Source: Eledone cirrhosa (lineage: Eukaryota). Taken from it: a stretch of DNA of 64,000 bases. Where the stretch lies: positions 43,896,001-43,960,000 of the forward strand of contig OZ024750.1 of NCBI GenBank assembly GCA_964016885.1, given 5' to 3'. The translations under genes were made by a program, and so were the position numbers. The number at the start of each line of letters is the position of its first letter. Within the stretch, counting starts at the first letter, position 1. Below the pieces are notes generated by a model. It did no database searches and was not told the origin of the DNA. It was given only the letters and a program-made list of their open reading frames with translations. Below are positions 1 through 12,032 of the stretch, piece by piece.

Positions 1-2691
1 TATATCATCTACGTAGCGGGAGTACATTATCAGGGTTAATCTGTCTTCTAATTGTTCTTTAAGTTTTTGTTTAAGTCTACTGTCCCACCATACCATGAAC
101 AAGTTAGCTATGTCGCCTGCAATGCTAACACCAATGGCTGCTCCTTCCTCTTGGGCATATGTTTTACCATTAAATTTGAACATATGTTCCTTAAGGGTTA
201 ATTTTATGCTGGCCCCTACCGCATGTGCAATCATTTTCTTCAGTTCATCGTGGTTTTCGGGTGTCCGTATGGCTCTGGTCCACCCGTTCCATCTATCTGT
301 GTGGGTTTTCTTGGCCATTGAGGTAATGGTAGGTGGTCTGCCTCTTGCTGGTCTTGTAGGGCACAGGTTGCTAAGGTCATAAGTGTCTAGGTAACTATTA
401 CTATGGGTAAGCTTAAGTAGAAGTCCCAGCTCACTGGTATCAATCCCACGGAACTCAACCTTGCTCTCGCTGATCATTTCGACGCATTTCTCCACAGCAA
501 AATCCACGTCAATAGATGGATACAGGGACACAACATCCATACTGCCTATTATGCAGTTTGTTAGGTCCCCAGATCGGTTACCCGCGTCGATTCTGCTGAG
601 GAGGTCCTCCGTGCTGTCACACACATCTGGGGACATCTCAATGATGGGGCGTATGATCAGGGAGAGGAAGTAGGACAGTCTGTAGTTACTAGCAATGTTA
701 GCCCCACAGACTGGCCGTGTTGGTGGTCCCGCGACAGGGTCCCAGCCCGTTTTATGGTCCTTTCGAAGCCCATACAACGCCGGCACGTCATTGTTCCAGG
801 CCTGGAAGTTGTTGGCAGTCCTTTTGTTGGGCTGCATTATATTTGTCCACATCACCATATGGGCATTGAGGGTTTTTTCTCTGTCCTCATGCTCCTGTGG
901 TGTTACCTCTCTTGTGTTAGTGATGTGGGGTTGCATTGCCTGGATGTAGTTTGGCAGGCTGTCAACCGACATTCTGCCAGACTTGTCTGTTGGAAAGCAT
1001 GCTATCTCTCCATTACGCGAGCGCTGCATGAGCTTACGCAAGCCATTTGCAGATTCTTCTCCCAGTTGCTGGGCCTCTATTCTATTATGCTTCTTGCTAT
1101 ACTGTTCTATAATATTTCTAAGTTCGGATTTAGCTATACTAAATTGTGCTTCTGTTTGTTCATCGACCTGCGACGGCAACTGCGTGCGTTTGTTAAATGG
1201 CAAAGTCGTGGCGTGGACTCGTCGTAGGTCGAATGATTTATCGGAGGGATTATAAAACGGAGAGTTCCAGGCTGCTGCTTTATGTGTACTTGCGCTATTG
1301 TTAGTTGTGTTGTTTCTATTTCCACCAACAGCAGCAGCCTCAGCTTCATGGTTGTTTCTATGTCTCTCATAATTACTCCTGTCTCTTTCCACTGGCTCAA
1401 TGTTGTTATCTACCCTATTTTGTGTGTCTGTGTGTTCGTCTTGGTTATTCTCTTTGTCCTTAGTCTCCCTACTCCTTTTAATCCTATTACTTTCTCTTAT
1501 TTCTCTGATTTCTGTGCTACTGTCATTACTTGTTTTCTGTGTCTGTGTGTTTGTTAAGATTGTAGTGGTGGTGAGAGGCATTGAATGTGTGTGTGTTGTT
1601 GTTGTTGATGTGTGTTGTTGTTGATGTGTGTTGTTGTCTCCGTGTGTGTGTGTGTTATCGTTGTTGTGTGTGTTGTTATTGTTGTTTGTGTTTGCGTGTC
1701 TGTTGTTGTTGTATCTGGGTATGTTGCTGTTGTTGTTGTTGTTGATGTGTGTGTTGTTGTTATTGTTGTCTCCGTGTGTGTTGTTATTGTTGTTTGTGTC
1801 TGCGTGTCTGTTGTATCTGGGTATGTTGCTATTGTTGGTATTGTATCTGGGTATGTTGCTATTGTTGTTGTTATTGTTGTTTGTGTCTGTGTGTCTGTTG
1901 TTGTTGGGATGTGTGTTGTATATGTGTGTGCGTATATTGTTGCTTTTGTTTTTGTTTTTGATGCTCCAGCGTAGTTTCGTAAATGATTTTTCTATTTCTG
2001 ACAGACAACTAATCATATTTACCTTCTTGAATGTCGCAAATTTGGGTGGCAGACGTAACACAGACATTTCATTATTATCTATTTTCGTGTTTCCATAAAT
2101 GTTGGTATTTTTATTGTTGAACTCTTCAGATAATGAGGTGTCGGCCATGTTGATACCGTCAATTTTGTCGGGATATCTATTGGTATACTCTATAGTATCC
2201 CGATTTAGCTTTGCCTGTTTAAGCCACTTTAATTTTCTGTTAAAGTGCTTATTACATTCTTGAGTAATGTACTGTTCTTCGGGGCGTATAAGGCTTATAA
2301 ATGTTAGTTTTTCTGCTGGTGTGGTGATTTTAGATATTTCATCTATTAGGTTACGCTTTAGTTTTTCTTGATGACTTAATTCTCTATAGATCTTCTTTTT
2401 TATGTTTAGAATTAAAGTTCGTTTTAGCCTATCTGCTTGTTTTTTGGTGAGTTGTAATCTTCTAACGTCGGTATTGATGGTGTTGGTGTAGATTCTAGAA
2501 GTGGTGCACAGTTTTATGAAGTGTAGTTGTCGAGATGTTATGGTTTTTCGTAGACAACAGAACATGGTGGTTTTCAGTATCTTGTTAGCCTGGCTAAGGC
2601 TTACGATATTTCGTTTCTGAATTTGTTTAGCAAGATTCTTTATCTGAAATCGTGTGTTGAAACCGATATTGTTATACTTTGGGAGGGTCAT
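1..2691 (-). CDS. PLE polyprotein, copy 1 (N-terminal part; runs off the window edge)
   Basis: Same sequence as 4280-6970; ATG at 2691; the YSRYVDD codons are at the window start. Confidence 0.85.
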   Translation of the reverse strand, partial: MTLPKYNNIGFNTRFQIKNLAKQIQKRNIVSLSQANKILKTTMFCCLRKTITSRQLHFIKLCTTSRIYTNTINTDVRRLQLTKKQADRLKRTLILNIKKKIYRELSHQEKLKRNLIDEISKITTPAEKLTFISLIRPEEQYITQECNKHFNRKLKWLKQAKLNRDTIEYTNRYPDKIDGINMADTSLSEEFNNKNTNIYGNTKIDNNEMSVLRLPPKFATFKKVNMISCLSEIEKSFTKLRWSIKNKNKSNNIRTHIYNTHPNNNRHTDTNNNNNNNSNIPRYNTNNSNIPRYNRHADTNNNNNTHGDNNNNNTHINNNNNSNIPRYNNNRHANTNNNNNTHNNDNTHTHGDNNTHQQQHTSTTTTHTHSMPLTTTTILTNTQTQKTSNDSSTEIREIRESNRIKRSRETKDKENNQDEHTDTQNRVDNNIEPVERDRSNYERHRNNHEAEAAAVGGNRNNTTNNSASTHKAAAWNSPFYNPSDKSFDLRRVHATTLPFNKRTQLPSQVDEQTEAQFSIAKSELRNIIEQYSKKHNRIEAQQLGEESANGLRKLMQRSRNGEIACFPTDKSGRMSVDSLPNYIQAMQPHITNTREVTPQEHEDREKTLNAHMVMWTNIMQPNKRTANNFQAWNNDVPALYGLRKDHKTGWDPVAGPPTRPVCGANIASNYRLSYFLSLIIRPIIEMSPDVCDSTEDLLSRIDAGNRSGDLTNCIIGSMDVVSLYPSIDVDFAVEKCVEMISESKVEFRGIDTSELGLLLKLTHSNSYLDTYDLSNLCPTRPARGRPPTITSMAKKTHTDRWNGWTRAIRTPENHDELKKMIAHAVGASIKLTLKEHMFKFNGKTYAQEEGAAIGVSIAGDIANLFMVWWDSRLKQKLKEQLEDRLTLIMYSRYVDDI

Positions 2692-2824
2692 GTTGCCAAT
2701 AAGAAACACACGCACCAGTTGCTTTCACTTCAATTTAATTTAATATATATTTATAAATTTACAAATTTATAAATTTCTGGTTGGTTGGTTGGTTCCACAA
2801 CCAGATAGTTGTTTATATATATAT

Positions 2825-2869
2825 AGTCATAGTTCTTTCGTCACACACTCTGTGACCTCTTCAGTGACT
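2825..2869 (-). ncRNA. Minimal type I hammerhead ribozyme in PLE pseudo-LTR
   Basis: RNA: AGUCA-CUGAAGA-G-GUCACA(GAGUG)UGUGAC-GAAA-G(AA)C-UA^UGACU. Stem I is AGUCA/UGACU and stem II has 6 bp. Confidence 0.85.
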
Positions 2870-3163
2870 GGGGATTTCTTTCTTCGTTTCTGTGCCTTTC
2901 CTTTCTTCTATCCTACGCCATTTTGTTTGTGTGTGGGTTGCGTGCTCAGTTTGCGCATGCGCCACATCCGGGTGTCTGTGTGTGTTTGTGTTCATTTTTC
3001 TATTTTTCTATTTATATTTGTTTGTTTATTTATTTATTTATTGTTGGTTGGTTGTTTGTTCTATGTGTGTGTGTGTTTTCATTTTGTCTTGTGTGTGTTT
3101 TCATTTTGTGTGTGTTTTCAATTGTAAGTTGTTTATATATGTGTGTGTGTTTTCATTTTGTCC

Positions 3164-6100
3164 TTAATTGTAAGTTGTGATGTTGCTGTTCCACTCATAT
3201 TTTCTATTTAATTTTGGTTTTAATTCTTTTATGCTTACTGCCTCTGTAATTTGCCTAAACATTGCGTCTTTCTTGTGTGTGGATTCTATTTTTATTTCTA
3301 TGCTCTCTAATTTACCCCTGTGTTCTATCTTAGCATGTTGGTAGAGCACAGATGATTCTTTAGTATCTTGGAGGTCTCGCCAGTGTTCATTTATTCGTTC
3401 CCCTATACTACGAGCTGTCTCACCTATGTACACTATATTTTTGTTTCTACATTGTCCCTCAGTACATCTTATGCTATATACTACATTTCTAGTTTTACAG
3501 TTAATATGGGGGCTTATTTTACAGGTTATACATTTCTTATCTATACATGAGGGTCTTTGGAACGGGTATGTCTTGCTAATAAGTGTTTTTACGGAGGTAC
3601 CAGGTCTTTCTACTATCTTAATATTGAGATTATGTTTCTTTAGGGCCCTTCTAAATTTGTAGGCTAGTTCACCTCTAGGGGTTGTATTGATGAACATTAC
3701 ACTCTGGTATTTATTGCTATCATACCATGAGTTTATTCTATTGGCCTTGTTCTTAGTTCTTTCTATTCTATTCCAAAATTTGCTCCTATACAAGGGGCAG
3801 GTCCCATTTATGTCATTATTTACCATTTTTTCCCATTTGGTTCTGGCTCCTTTATACACTCTGATTCTATCTCTCTGATTGTAGCCAGAGAACTGCATAC
3901 GGTGGATGAAGTGTTGTATGTGTCTCTCTAGTTCTTCGGGGTTGCACATGCGGGACACATTTCTCATCACCCGTATCAAATCCGCAATCAGTATGTTGAT
4001 TTTGGTATGGTCCGAAATGGCCGAGTTTCGGTGGATCAGATGTTTGGAAGTCATGGGTTTGGCATAATGGGAATGGAGGATTTGTTTTTGGTTGTTAATA
4101 GTATCTAACCAGAGCTCTGTGTCTAGTACAGGTAATCGATGGTTGGGGTGTCTACTTGGGTAGTCTATAGTAACTCTAATGCTCTGGTGGATGGAGTTTG
4201 CTATTTGCTGGATGCTTTCCATTGTGTTTTTCTCAGGTTCCTGACTGTTCTTTAGTGGGGGTGTCTTAACTACGATGTTTATATCATCTACGTAGCGGGA
4301 GTACATTATCAGGGTTAATCTGTCTTCTAATTGTTCTTTAAGTTTTTGTTTAAGTCTACTGTCCCACCATACCATGAACAAGTTAGCTATGTCGCCTGCA
4401 ATGCTAACACCAATGGCTGCTCCTTCCTCTTGGGCATATGTTTTACCATTAAATTTGAACATATGTTCCTTAAGGGTTAATTTTATGCTGGCCCCTACCG
4501 CATGTGCAATCATTTTCTTCAGTTCATCGTGGTTTTCGGGTGTCCGTATGGCTCTGGTCCACCCGTTCCATCTATCTGTGTGGGTTTTCTTGGCCATTGA
4601 GGTAATGGTAGGTGGTCTGCCTCTTGCTGGTCTTGTAGGGCACAGGTTGCTAAGGTCATAAGTGTCTAGGTAACTATTACTATGGGTAAGCTTAAGTAGA
4701 AGTCCCAGCTCACTGGTATCAATCCCACGGAACTCAACCTTGCTCTCGCTGATCATTTCGACGCATTTCTCCACAGCAAAATCCACGTCAATAGATGGAT
4801 ACAGGGACACAACATCCATACTGCCTATTATGCAGTTTGTTAGGTCCCCAGATCGGTTACCCGCGTCGATTCTGCTGAGGAGGTCCTCCGTGCTGTCACA
4901 CACATCTGGGGACATCTCAATGATGGGGCGTATGATCAGGGAGAGGAAGTAGGACAGTCTGTAGTTACTAGCAATGTTAGCCCCACAGACTGGCCGTGTT
5001 GGTGGTCCCGCGACAGGGTCCCAGCCCGTTTTATGGTCCTTTCGAAGCCCATACAACGCCGGCACGTCATTGTTCCAGGCCTGGAAGTTGTTGGCAGTCC
5101 TTTTGTTGGGCTGCATTATATTTGTCCACATCACCATATGGGCATTGAGGGTTTTTTCTCTGTCCTCATGCTCCTGTGGTGTTACCTCTCTTGTGTTAGT
5201 GATGTGGGGTTGCATTGCCTGGATGTAGTTTGGCAGGCTGTCAACCGACATTCTGCCAGACTTGTCTGTTGGAAAGCATGCTATCTCTCCATTACGCGAG
5301 CGCTGCATGAGCTTACGCAAGCCATTTGCAGATTCTTCTCCCAGTTGCTGGGCCTCTATTCTATTATGCTTCTTGCTATACTGTTCTATAATATTTCTAA
5401 GTTCGGATTTAGCTATACTAAATTGTGCTTCTGTTTGTTCATCGACCTGCGACGGCAACTGCGTGCGTTTGTTAAATGGCAAAGTCGTGGCGTGGACTCG
5501 TCGTAGGTCGAATGATTTATCGGAGGGATTATAAAACGGAGAGTTCCAGGCTGCTGCTTTATGTGTACTTGCGCTATTGTTAGTTGTGTTGTTTCTATTT
5601 CCACCAACAGCAGCAGCCTCAGCTTCATGGTTGTTTCTATGTCTCTCATAATTACTCCTGTCTCTTTCCACTGGCTCAATGTTGTTATCTACCCTATTTT
5701 GTGTGTCTGTGTGTTCGTCTTGGTTATTCTCTTTGTCCTTAGTCTCCCTACTCCTTTTAATCCTATTACTTTCTCTTATTTCTCTGATTTCTGTGCTACT
5801 GTCATTACTTGTTTTCTGTGTCTGTGTGTTTGTTAAGATTGTAGTGGTGGTGAGAGGCATTGAATGTGTGTGTGTTGTTGTTGTTGATGTGTGTTGTTGT
5901 TGATGTGTGTTGTTGTCTCCGTGTGTGTGTGTGTTATCGTTGTTGTGTGTGTTGTTATTGTTGTTTGTGTTTGCGTGTCTGTTGTTGTTGTATCTGGGTA
6001 TGTTGCTGTTGTTGTTGTTGTTGATGTGTGTGTTGTTGTTATTGTTGTCTCCGTGTGTGTTGTTATTGTTGTTTGTGTCTGCGTGTCTGTTGTATCTGGG

Positions 6101-6970
6101 TATGTTGCTATTGTTGGTATTGTATCTGGGTATGTTGCTATTGTTGTTGTTATTGTTGTTTGTGTCTGTGTGTCTGTTGTTGTTGGGATGTGTGTTGTAT
6201 ATGTGTGTGCGTATATTGTTGCTTTTGTTTTTGTTTTTGATGCTCCAGCGTAGTTTCGTAAATGATTTTTCTATTTCTGACAGACAACTAATCATATTTA
6301 CCTTCTTGAATGTCGCAAATTTGGGTGGCAGACGTAACACAGACATTTCATTATTATCTATTTTCGTGTTTCCATAAATGTTGGTATTTTTATTGTTGAA
6401 CTCTTCAGATAATGAGGTGTCGGCCATGTTGATACCGTCAATTTTGTCGGGATATCTATTGGTATACTCTATAGTATCCCGATTTAGCTTTGCCTGTTTA
6501 AGCCACTTTAATTTTCTGTTAAAGTGCTTATTACATTCTTGAGTAATGTACTGTTCTTCGGGGCGTATAAGGCTTATAAATGTTAGTTTTTCTGCTGGTG
6601 TGGTGATTTTAGATATTTCATCTATTAGGTTACGCTTTAGTTTTTCTTGATGACTTAATTCTCTATAGATCTTCTTTTTTATGTTTAGAATTAAAGTTCG
6701 TTTTAGCCTATCTGCTTGTTTTTTGGTGAGTTGTAATCTTCTAACGTCGGTATTGATGGTGTTGGTGTAGATTCTAGAAGTGGTGCACAGTTTTATGAAG
6801 TGTAGTTGTCGAGATGTTATGGTTTTTCGTAGACAACAGAACATGGTGGTTTTCAGTATCTTGTTAGCCTGGCTAAGGCTTACGATATTTCGTTTCTGAA
6901 TTTGTTTAGCAAGATTCTTTATCTGAAATCGTGTGTTGAAACCGATATTGTTATACTTTGGGAGGGTCAT
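3164..6970 (-). CDS. Intact PLE polyprotein: basic N-terminus, Asn/Thr/His low-complexity insert, RT, thumb, Zn-finger linker, GIY-YIG endonuclease (possibly Naiad-like clade)
   Basis: Motifs PTDKSG, LYGLRKDHK, RPVCG, SMDVVSLYPSI, GAAIG..IA..IANLFM, YSRYVDD, LPVLD, CxxxxCxxC, NVVY.I.C...YIGET.R....R..EH and a terminal LN. First ATG is at 6970 (the ORF track starts at GTG 6994). The clade call is from memory of motifs only. Confidence 0.93.
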   Translation of the reverse strand: MTLPKYNNIGFNTRFQIKNLAKQIQKRNIVSLSQANKILKTTMFCCLRKTITSRQLHFIKLCTTSRIYTNTINTDVRRLQLTKKQADRLKRTLILNIKKKIYRELSHQEKLKRNLIDEISKITTPAEKLTFISLIRPEEQYITQECNKHFNRKLKWLKQAKLNRDTIEYTNRYPDKIDGINMADTSLSEEFNNKNTNIYGNTKIDNNEMSVLRLPPKFATFKKVNMISCLSEIEKSFTKLRWSIKNKNKSNNIRTHIYNTHPNNNRHTDTNNNNNNNSNIPRYNTNNSNIPRYNRHADTNNNNNTHGDNNNNNTHINNNNNSNIPRYNNNRHANTNNNNNTHNNDNTHTHGDNNTHQQQHTSTTTTHTHSMPLTTTTILTNTQTQKTSNDSSTEIREIRESNRIKRSRETKDKENNQDEHTDTQNRVDNNIEPVERDRSNYERHRNNHEAEAAAVGGNRNNTTNNSASTHKAAAWNSPFYNPSDKSFDLRRVHATTLPFNKRTQLPSQVDEQTEAQFSIAKSELRNIIEQYSKKHNRIEAQQLGEESANGLRKLMQRSRNGEIACFPTDKSGRMSVDSLPNYIQAMQPHITNTREVTPQEHEDREKTLNAHMVMWTNIMQPNKRTANNFQAWNNDVPALYGLRKDHKTGWDPVAGPPTRPVCGANIASNYRLSYFLSLIIRPIIEMSPDVCDSTEDLLSRIDAGNRSGDLTNCIIGSMDVVSLYPSIDVDFAVEKCVEMISESKVEFRGIDTSELGLLLKLTHSNSYLDTYDLSNLCPTRPARGRPPTITSMAKKTHTDRWNGWTRAIRTPENHDELKKMIAHAVGASIKLTLKEHMFKFNGKTYAQEEGAAIGVSIAGDIANLFMVWWDSRLKQKLKEQLEDRLTLIMYSRYVDDINIVVKTPPLKNSQEPEKNTMESIQQIANSIHQSIRVTIDYPSRHPNHRLPVLDTELWLDTINNQKQILHSHYAKPMTSKHLIHRNSAISDHTKINILIADLIRVMRNVSRMCNPEELERHIQHFIHRMQFSGYNQRDRIRVYKGARTKWEKMVNNDINGTCPLYRSKFWNRIERTKNKANRINSWYDSNKYQSVMFINTTPRGELAYKFRRALKKHNLNIKIVERPGTSVKTLISKTYPFQRPSCIDKKCITCKISPHINCKTRNVVYSIRCTEGQCRNKNIVYIGETARSIGERINEHWRDLQDTKESSVLYQHAKIEHRGKLESIEIKIESTHKKDAMFRQITEAVSIKELKPKLNRKYEWNSNITTYN

Positions 6971-7103
6971 GTTGCCAATAAGAAACACACGCACCAGTTG
7001 CTTTCACTTCAATTTAATTTAATATATATTTATAAATTTACAAATTTATAAATTTCTGGTTGGTTGGTTGGTTCCACAACCAGATAGTTGTTTATATATA
7101 TAT

Positions 7104-7148
7104 AGTCATAGTTCTTTCGTCACACACTCTGTGACCTCTTCAGTGACT
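7104..7148 (-). ncRNA. Minimal type I hammerhead ribozyme in PLE pseudo-LTR
   Basis: Identical to 2825-2869. Confidence 0.85.
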
Positions 7149-7442
7149 GGGGATTTCTTTCTTCGTTTCTGTGCCTTTCCTTTCTTCTATCCTACGCCAT
7201 TTTGTTTGTGTGTGGGTTGCGTGCTCAGTTTGCGCATGCGCCACATCCGGGTGTCTGTGTGTGTTTGTGTTCATTTTTCTATTTTTCTATTTATATTTGT
7301 TTGTTTATTTATTTATTTATTGTTGGTTGGTTGTTTGTTCTATGTGTGTGTGTGTTTTCATTTTGTCTTGTGTGTGTTTTCATTTTGTGTGTGTTTTCAA
7401 TTGTAAGTTGTTTATATATGTGTGTGTGTTTTCATTTTGTCC

Positions 7443-9921
7443 TTAATTGTAAGTTGTGATGTTGCTGTTCCACTCATATTTTCTATTTAATTTTGGTTTT
7501 AATTCTTTTATGCTTACTGCCTCTGTAATTTGCCTAAACATTGCGTCTTTCTTGTGTGTGGATTCTATTTTTATTTCTATGCTCTCTAATTTACCCCTGT
7601 GTTCTATCTTAGCATGTTGGTAGAGCACAGATGATTCTTTAGTATCTTGGAGGTCTCGCCAGTGTTCATTTATTCGTTCCCCTATACTACGAGCTGTCTC
7701 ACCTATGTACACTATATTTTTGTTTCTACATTGTCCCTCAGTACATCTTATGCTATATACTACATTTCTAGTTTTACAGTTAATATGGGGGCTTATTTTA
7801 CAGGTTATACATTTCTTATCTATACATGAGGGTCTTTGGAACGGGTATGTCTTGCTAATAAGTGTTTTTACGGAGGTACCAGGTCTTTCTACTATCTTAA
7901 TATTGAGATTATGTTTCTTTAGGGCCCTTCTAAATTTGTAGGCTAGTTCACCTCTAGGGGTTGTATTGATGAACATTACACTCTGGTATTTATTGCTATC
8001 ATACCATGAGTTTATTCTATTGGCCTTGTTCTTAGTTCTTTCTATTCTATTCCAAAATTTGCTCCTATACAAGGGGCAGGTCCCATTTATGTCATTATTT
8101 ACCATTTTTTCCCATTTGGTTCTGGCTCCTTTATACACTCTGATTCTATCTCTCTGATTGTAGCCAGAGAACTGCATACGGTGGATGAAGTGTTGTATGT
8201 GTCTCTCTAGTTCTTCGGGGTTGCACATGCGGGACACATTTCTCATCACCCGTATCAAATCCGCAATCAGTATGTTGATTTTGGTATGGTCCGAAATGGC
8301 CGAGTTTCGGTGGATCAGATGTTTGGAAGTCATGGGTTTGGCATAATGGGAATGGAGGATTTGTTTTTGGTTGTTAATAGTATCTAACCAGAGCTCTGTG
8401 TCTAGTACAGGTAATCGATGGTTGGGGTGTCTACTTGGGTAGTCTATAGTAACTCTAATGCTCTGGTGGATGGAGTTTGCTATTTGCTGGATGCTTTCCA
8501 TTGTGTTTTTCTCAGGTTCCTGACTGTTCTTTAGTGGGGGTGTCTTAACTACGATGTTTATATCATCTACGTAGCGGGAGTACATTATCAGGGTTAATCT
8601 GTCTTCTAATTGTTCTTTAAGTTTTTGTTTAAGTCTACTGTCCCACCATACCATGAACAAGTTAGCTATGTCGCCTGCAATGCTAACACCAATGGCTGCT
8701 CCTTCCTCTTGGGCATATGTTTTACCATTAAATTTGAACATATGTTCCTTAAGGGTTAATTTTATGCTGGCCCCTACCGCATGTGCAATCATTTTCTTCA
8801 GTTCATCGTGGTTTTCGGGTGTCCGTATGGCTCTGGTCCACCCGTTCCATCTATCTGTGTGGGTTTTCTTGGCCATTGAGGTAATGGTAGGTGGTCTGCC
8901 TCTTGCTGGTCTTGTAGGGCACAGGTTGCTAAGGTCATAAGTGTCTAGGTAACTATTACTATGGGTAAGCTTAAGTAGAAGTCCCAGCTCACTGGTATCA
9001 ATCCCACGGAACTCAACCTTGCTCTCGCTGATCATTTCGACGCATTTCTCCACAGCAAAATCCACGTCAATAGATGGATACAGGGACACAACATCCATAC
9101 TGCCTATTATGCAGTTTGTTAGGTCCCCAGATCGGTTACCCGCGTCGATTCTGCTGAGGAGGTCCTCCGTGCTGTCACACACATCTGGGGACATCTCAAT
9201 GATGGGGCGTATGATCAGGGAGAGGAAGTAGGACAGTCTGTAGTTACTAGCAATGTTAGCCCCACAGACTGGCCGTGTTGGTGGTCCCGCGACAGGGTCC
9301 CAGCCCGTTTTATGGTCCTTTCGAAGCCCATACAACGCCGGCACGTCATTGTTCCAGGCCTGGAAGTTGTTGGCAGTCCTTTTGTTGGGCTGCATTATAT
9401 TTGTCCACATCACCATATGGGCATTGAGGGTTTTTTCTCTGTCCTCATGCTCCTGTGGTGTTACCTCTCTTGTGTTAGTGATGTGGGGTTGCATTGCCTG
9501 GATGTAGTTTGGCAGGCTGTCAACCGACATTCTGCCAGACTTGTCTGTTGGAAAGCATGCTATCTCTCCATTACGCGAGCGCTGCATGAGCTTACGCAAG
9601 CCATTTGCAGATTCTTCTCCCAGTTGCTGGGCCTCTATTCTATTATGCTTCTTGCTATACTGTTCTATAATATTTCTAAGTTCGGATTTAGCTATACTAA
9701 ATTGTGCTTCTGTTTGTTCATCGACCTGCGACGGCAACTGCGTGCGTTTGTTAAATGGCAAAGTCGTGGCGTGGACTCGTCGTAGGTCGAATGATTTATC
9801 GGAGGGATTATAAAACGGAGAGTTCCAGGCTGCTGCTTTATGTGTACTTGCGCTATTGTTAGTTGTGTTGTTTCTATTTCCACCAACAGCAGCAGCCTCA
9901 GCTTCATGGTTGTTTCTATGT
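7443..9921 (-). pseudogene. PLE polyprotein, copy 3, 5'-truncated at the inversion junction
   Basis: Identical to the C-terminal part of 3164-6970. The N-terminal residues in the ORF-track entry come from the inverted arm. Confidence 0.9.
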
Positions 9922-12032
9922 TTCCAACAGACAAGTCTGGCAGAATGTCGGTTGACAGCCTGCCAAACTACATCCAGGCAATGCAACCCCACATCACTAA
10001 CACAAGAGAGGTAACACCACAGGAGCATGAGGACAGAGAAAAAACCCTCAATGCCCATATGGTGATGTGGACAAATATAATGCAGCCCAACAAAAGGACT
10101 GCCAACAACTTCCAGGCCTGGAACAATGACGTGCCGGCGTTGTATGGGCTTCGAAAGGACCATAAAACGGGCTGGGACCCTGTCGCGGGACCACCAACAC
10201 GGCCAGTCTGTGGGGCTAACATTGCTAGTAACTACAGACTGTCCTACTTCCTCTCCCTGATCATACGCCCCATCATTGAGATGTCCCCAGATGTGTGTGA
10301 CAGCACGGAGGACCTCCTCAGCAGAATCGACGCGGGTAACCGATCTGGGGACCTAACAAACTGCATAATAGGCAGTATGGATGTTGTGTCCCTGTATCCA
10401 TCTATTGACGTGGATTTTGCTGTGGAGAAATGCGTCGAAATGATCAGCGAGAGCAAGGTTGAGTTCCGTGGGATTGATACCAGTGAGCTGGGACTTCTAC
10501 TTAAGCTTACCCATAGTAATAGTTACCTAGACACTTATGACCTTAGCAACATGTGCCCTACAAGACCAGCAAGAGGCAGACCACCTACCATTACCTCAAT
10601 GGCCAAGAAAACCCACACAGATAGATGGAACGGGTGGACCAGAGCCATACGGACACCCGAAAACCACGATGAACTGAAGAAAATGATTGCACATGCGGTA
10701 GGGGCCAGCATAAAATTAACCCTTAAGGAACATATGTTCAAATTTAATGGTAAAACATATGCCCAAGAGGAAGGAGCAGCCATTGGTGTTAGCATTGCAG
10801 GCGACATAGCTAACTTGTTCATGGTATGGTGGGACAGTAGACTTAAACAAAAACTTAAAGAACAATTAGAAGACAGATTAACCCTGATAATGTACTCCCG
10901 CTACGTAGATGATATAAACATCGTAGTTAAGACACCCCCACTAAAGAACAGTCAGGAACCTGAGAAAAACACAATGGAAAGCATCCAGCAAATAGCAAAC
11001 TCCATCCACCAGAGCATTAGAGTTACTATAGACTACCCAAGTAGACACCCCAACCATCGATTACCTGTACTAGACACAGAGCTCTGGTTAGATACTATTA
11101 ACAACCAAAAACAAATCCTCCATTCCCATTATGCCAAACCCATGACTTCCAAACATCTGATCCACCGAAACTCGGCCATTTCGGACCATACCAAAATCAA
11201 CATACTGATTGCGGATTTGATACGGGTGATGAGAAATGTGTCCCGCATGTGCAACCCCGAAGAACTAGAGAGACACATACAACACTTCATCCACCGTATG
11301 CAGTTCTCTGGCTACAATCAGAGAGATAGAATCAGAGTGTATAAAGGAGCCAGAACCAAATGGGAAAAAATGGTAAATAATGACATAAATGGGACCTGCC
11401 CCTTGTATAGGAGCAAATTTTGGAATAGAATAGAAAGAACTAAGAACAAGGCCAATAGAATAAACTCATGGTATGATAGCAATAAATACCAGAGTGTAAT
11501 GTTCATCAATACAACCCCTAGAGGTGAACTAGCCTACAAATTTAGAAGGGCCCTAAAGAAACATAATCTCAATATTAAGATAGTAGAAAGACCTGGTACC
11601 TCCGTAAAAACACTTATTAGCAAGACATACCCGTTCCAAAGACCCTCATGTATAGATAAGAAATGTATAACCTGTAAAATAAGCCCCCATATTAACTGTA
11701 AAACTAGAAATGTAGTATATAGCATAAGATGTACTGAGGGACAATGTAGAAACAAAAATATAGTGTACATAGGTGAGACAGCTCGTAGTATAGGGGAACG
11801 AATAAATGAACACTGGCGAGACCTCCAAGATACTAAAGAATCATCTGTGCTCTACCAACATGCTAAGATAGAACACAGGGGTAAATTAGAGAGCATAGAA
11901 ATAAAAATAGAATCCACACACAAGAAAGACGCAATGTTTAGGCAAATTACAGAGGCAGTAAGCATAAAAGAATTAAAACCAAAATTAAATAGAAAATATG
12001 AGTGGAACAGCAACATCACAACTTACAATTAA
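9921..12032 (+). pseudogene. PLE polyprotein, inverted 5'-truncated copy (starts at FPTDKSG; full RT + GIY-YIG)
   Basis: Reverse complement of 7443-9554, with one visible substitution (NLCP to NMCP, position 10551). Confidence 0.9.

Noticed and set aside
3164-6970. Selenoprotein-type PLE (reported for some Naiad elements)
   Set aside because: The ORF has no in-frame TGA and the zinc-finger cysteines are ordinary codons.
95-9813. Plus-strand ORFs overlapping the PLE copies
   Set aside because: Antisense shadows of the RT ORF and its low-complexity insert.
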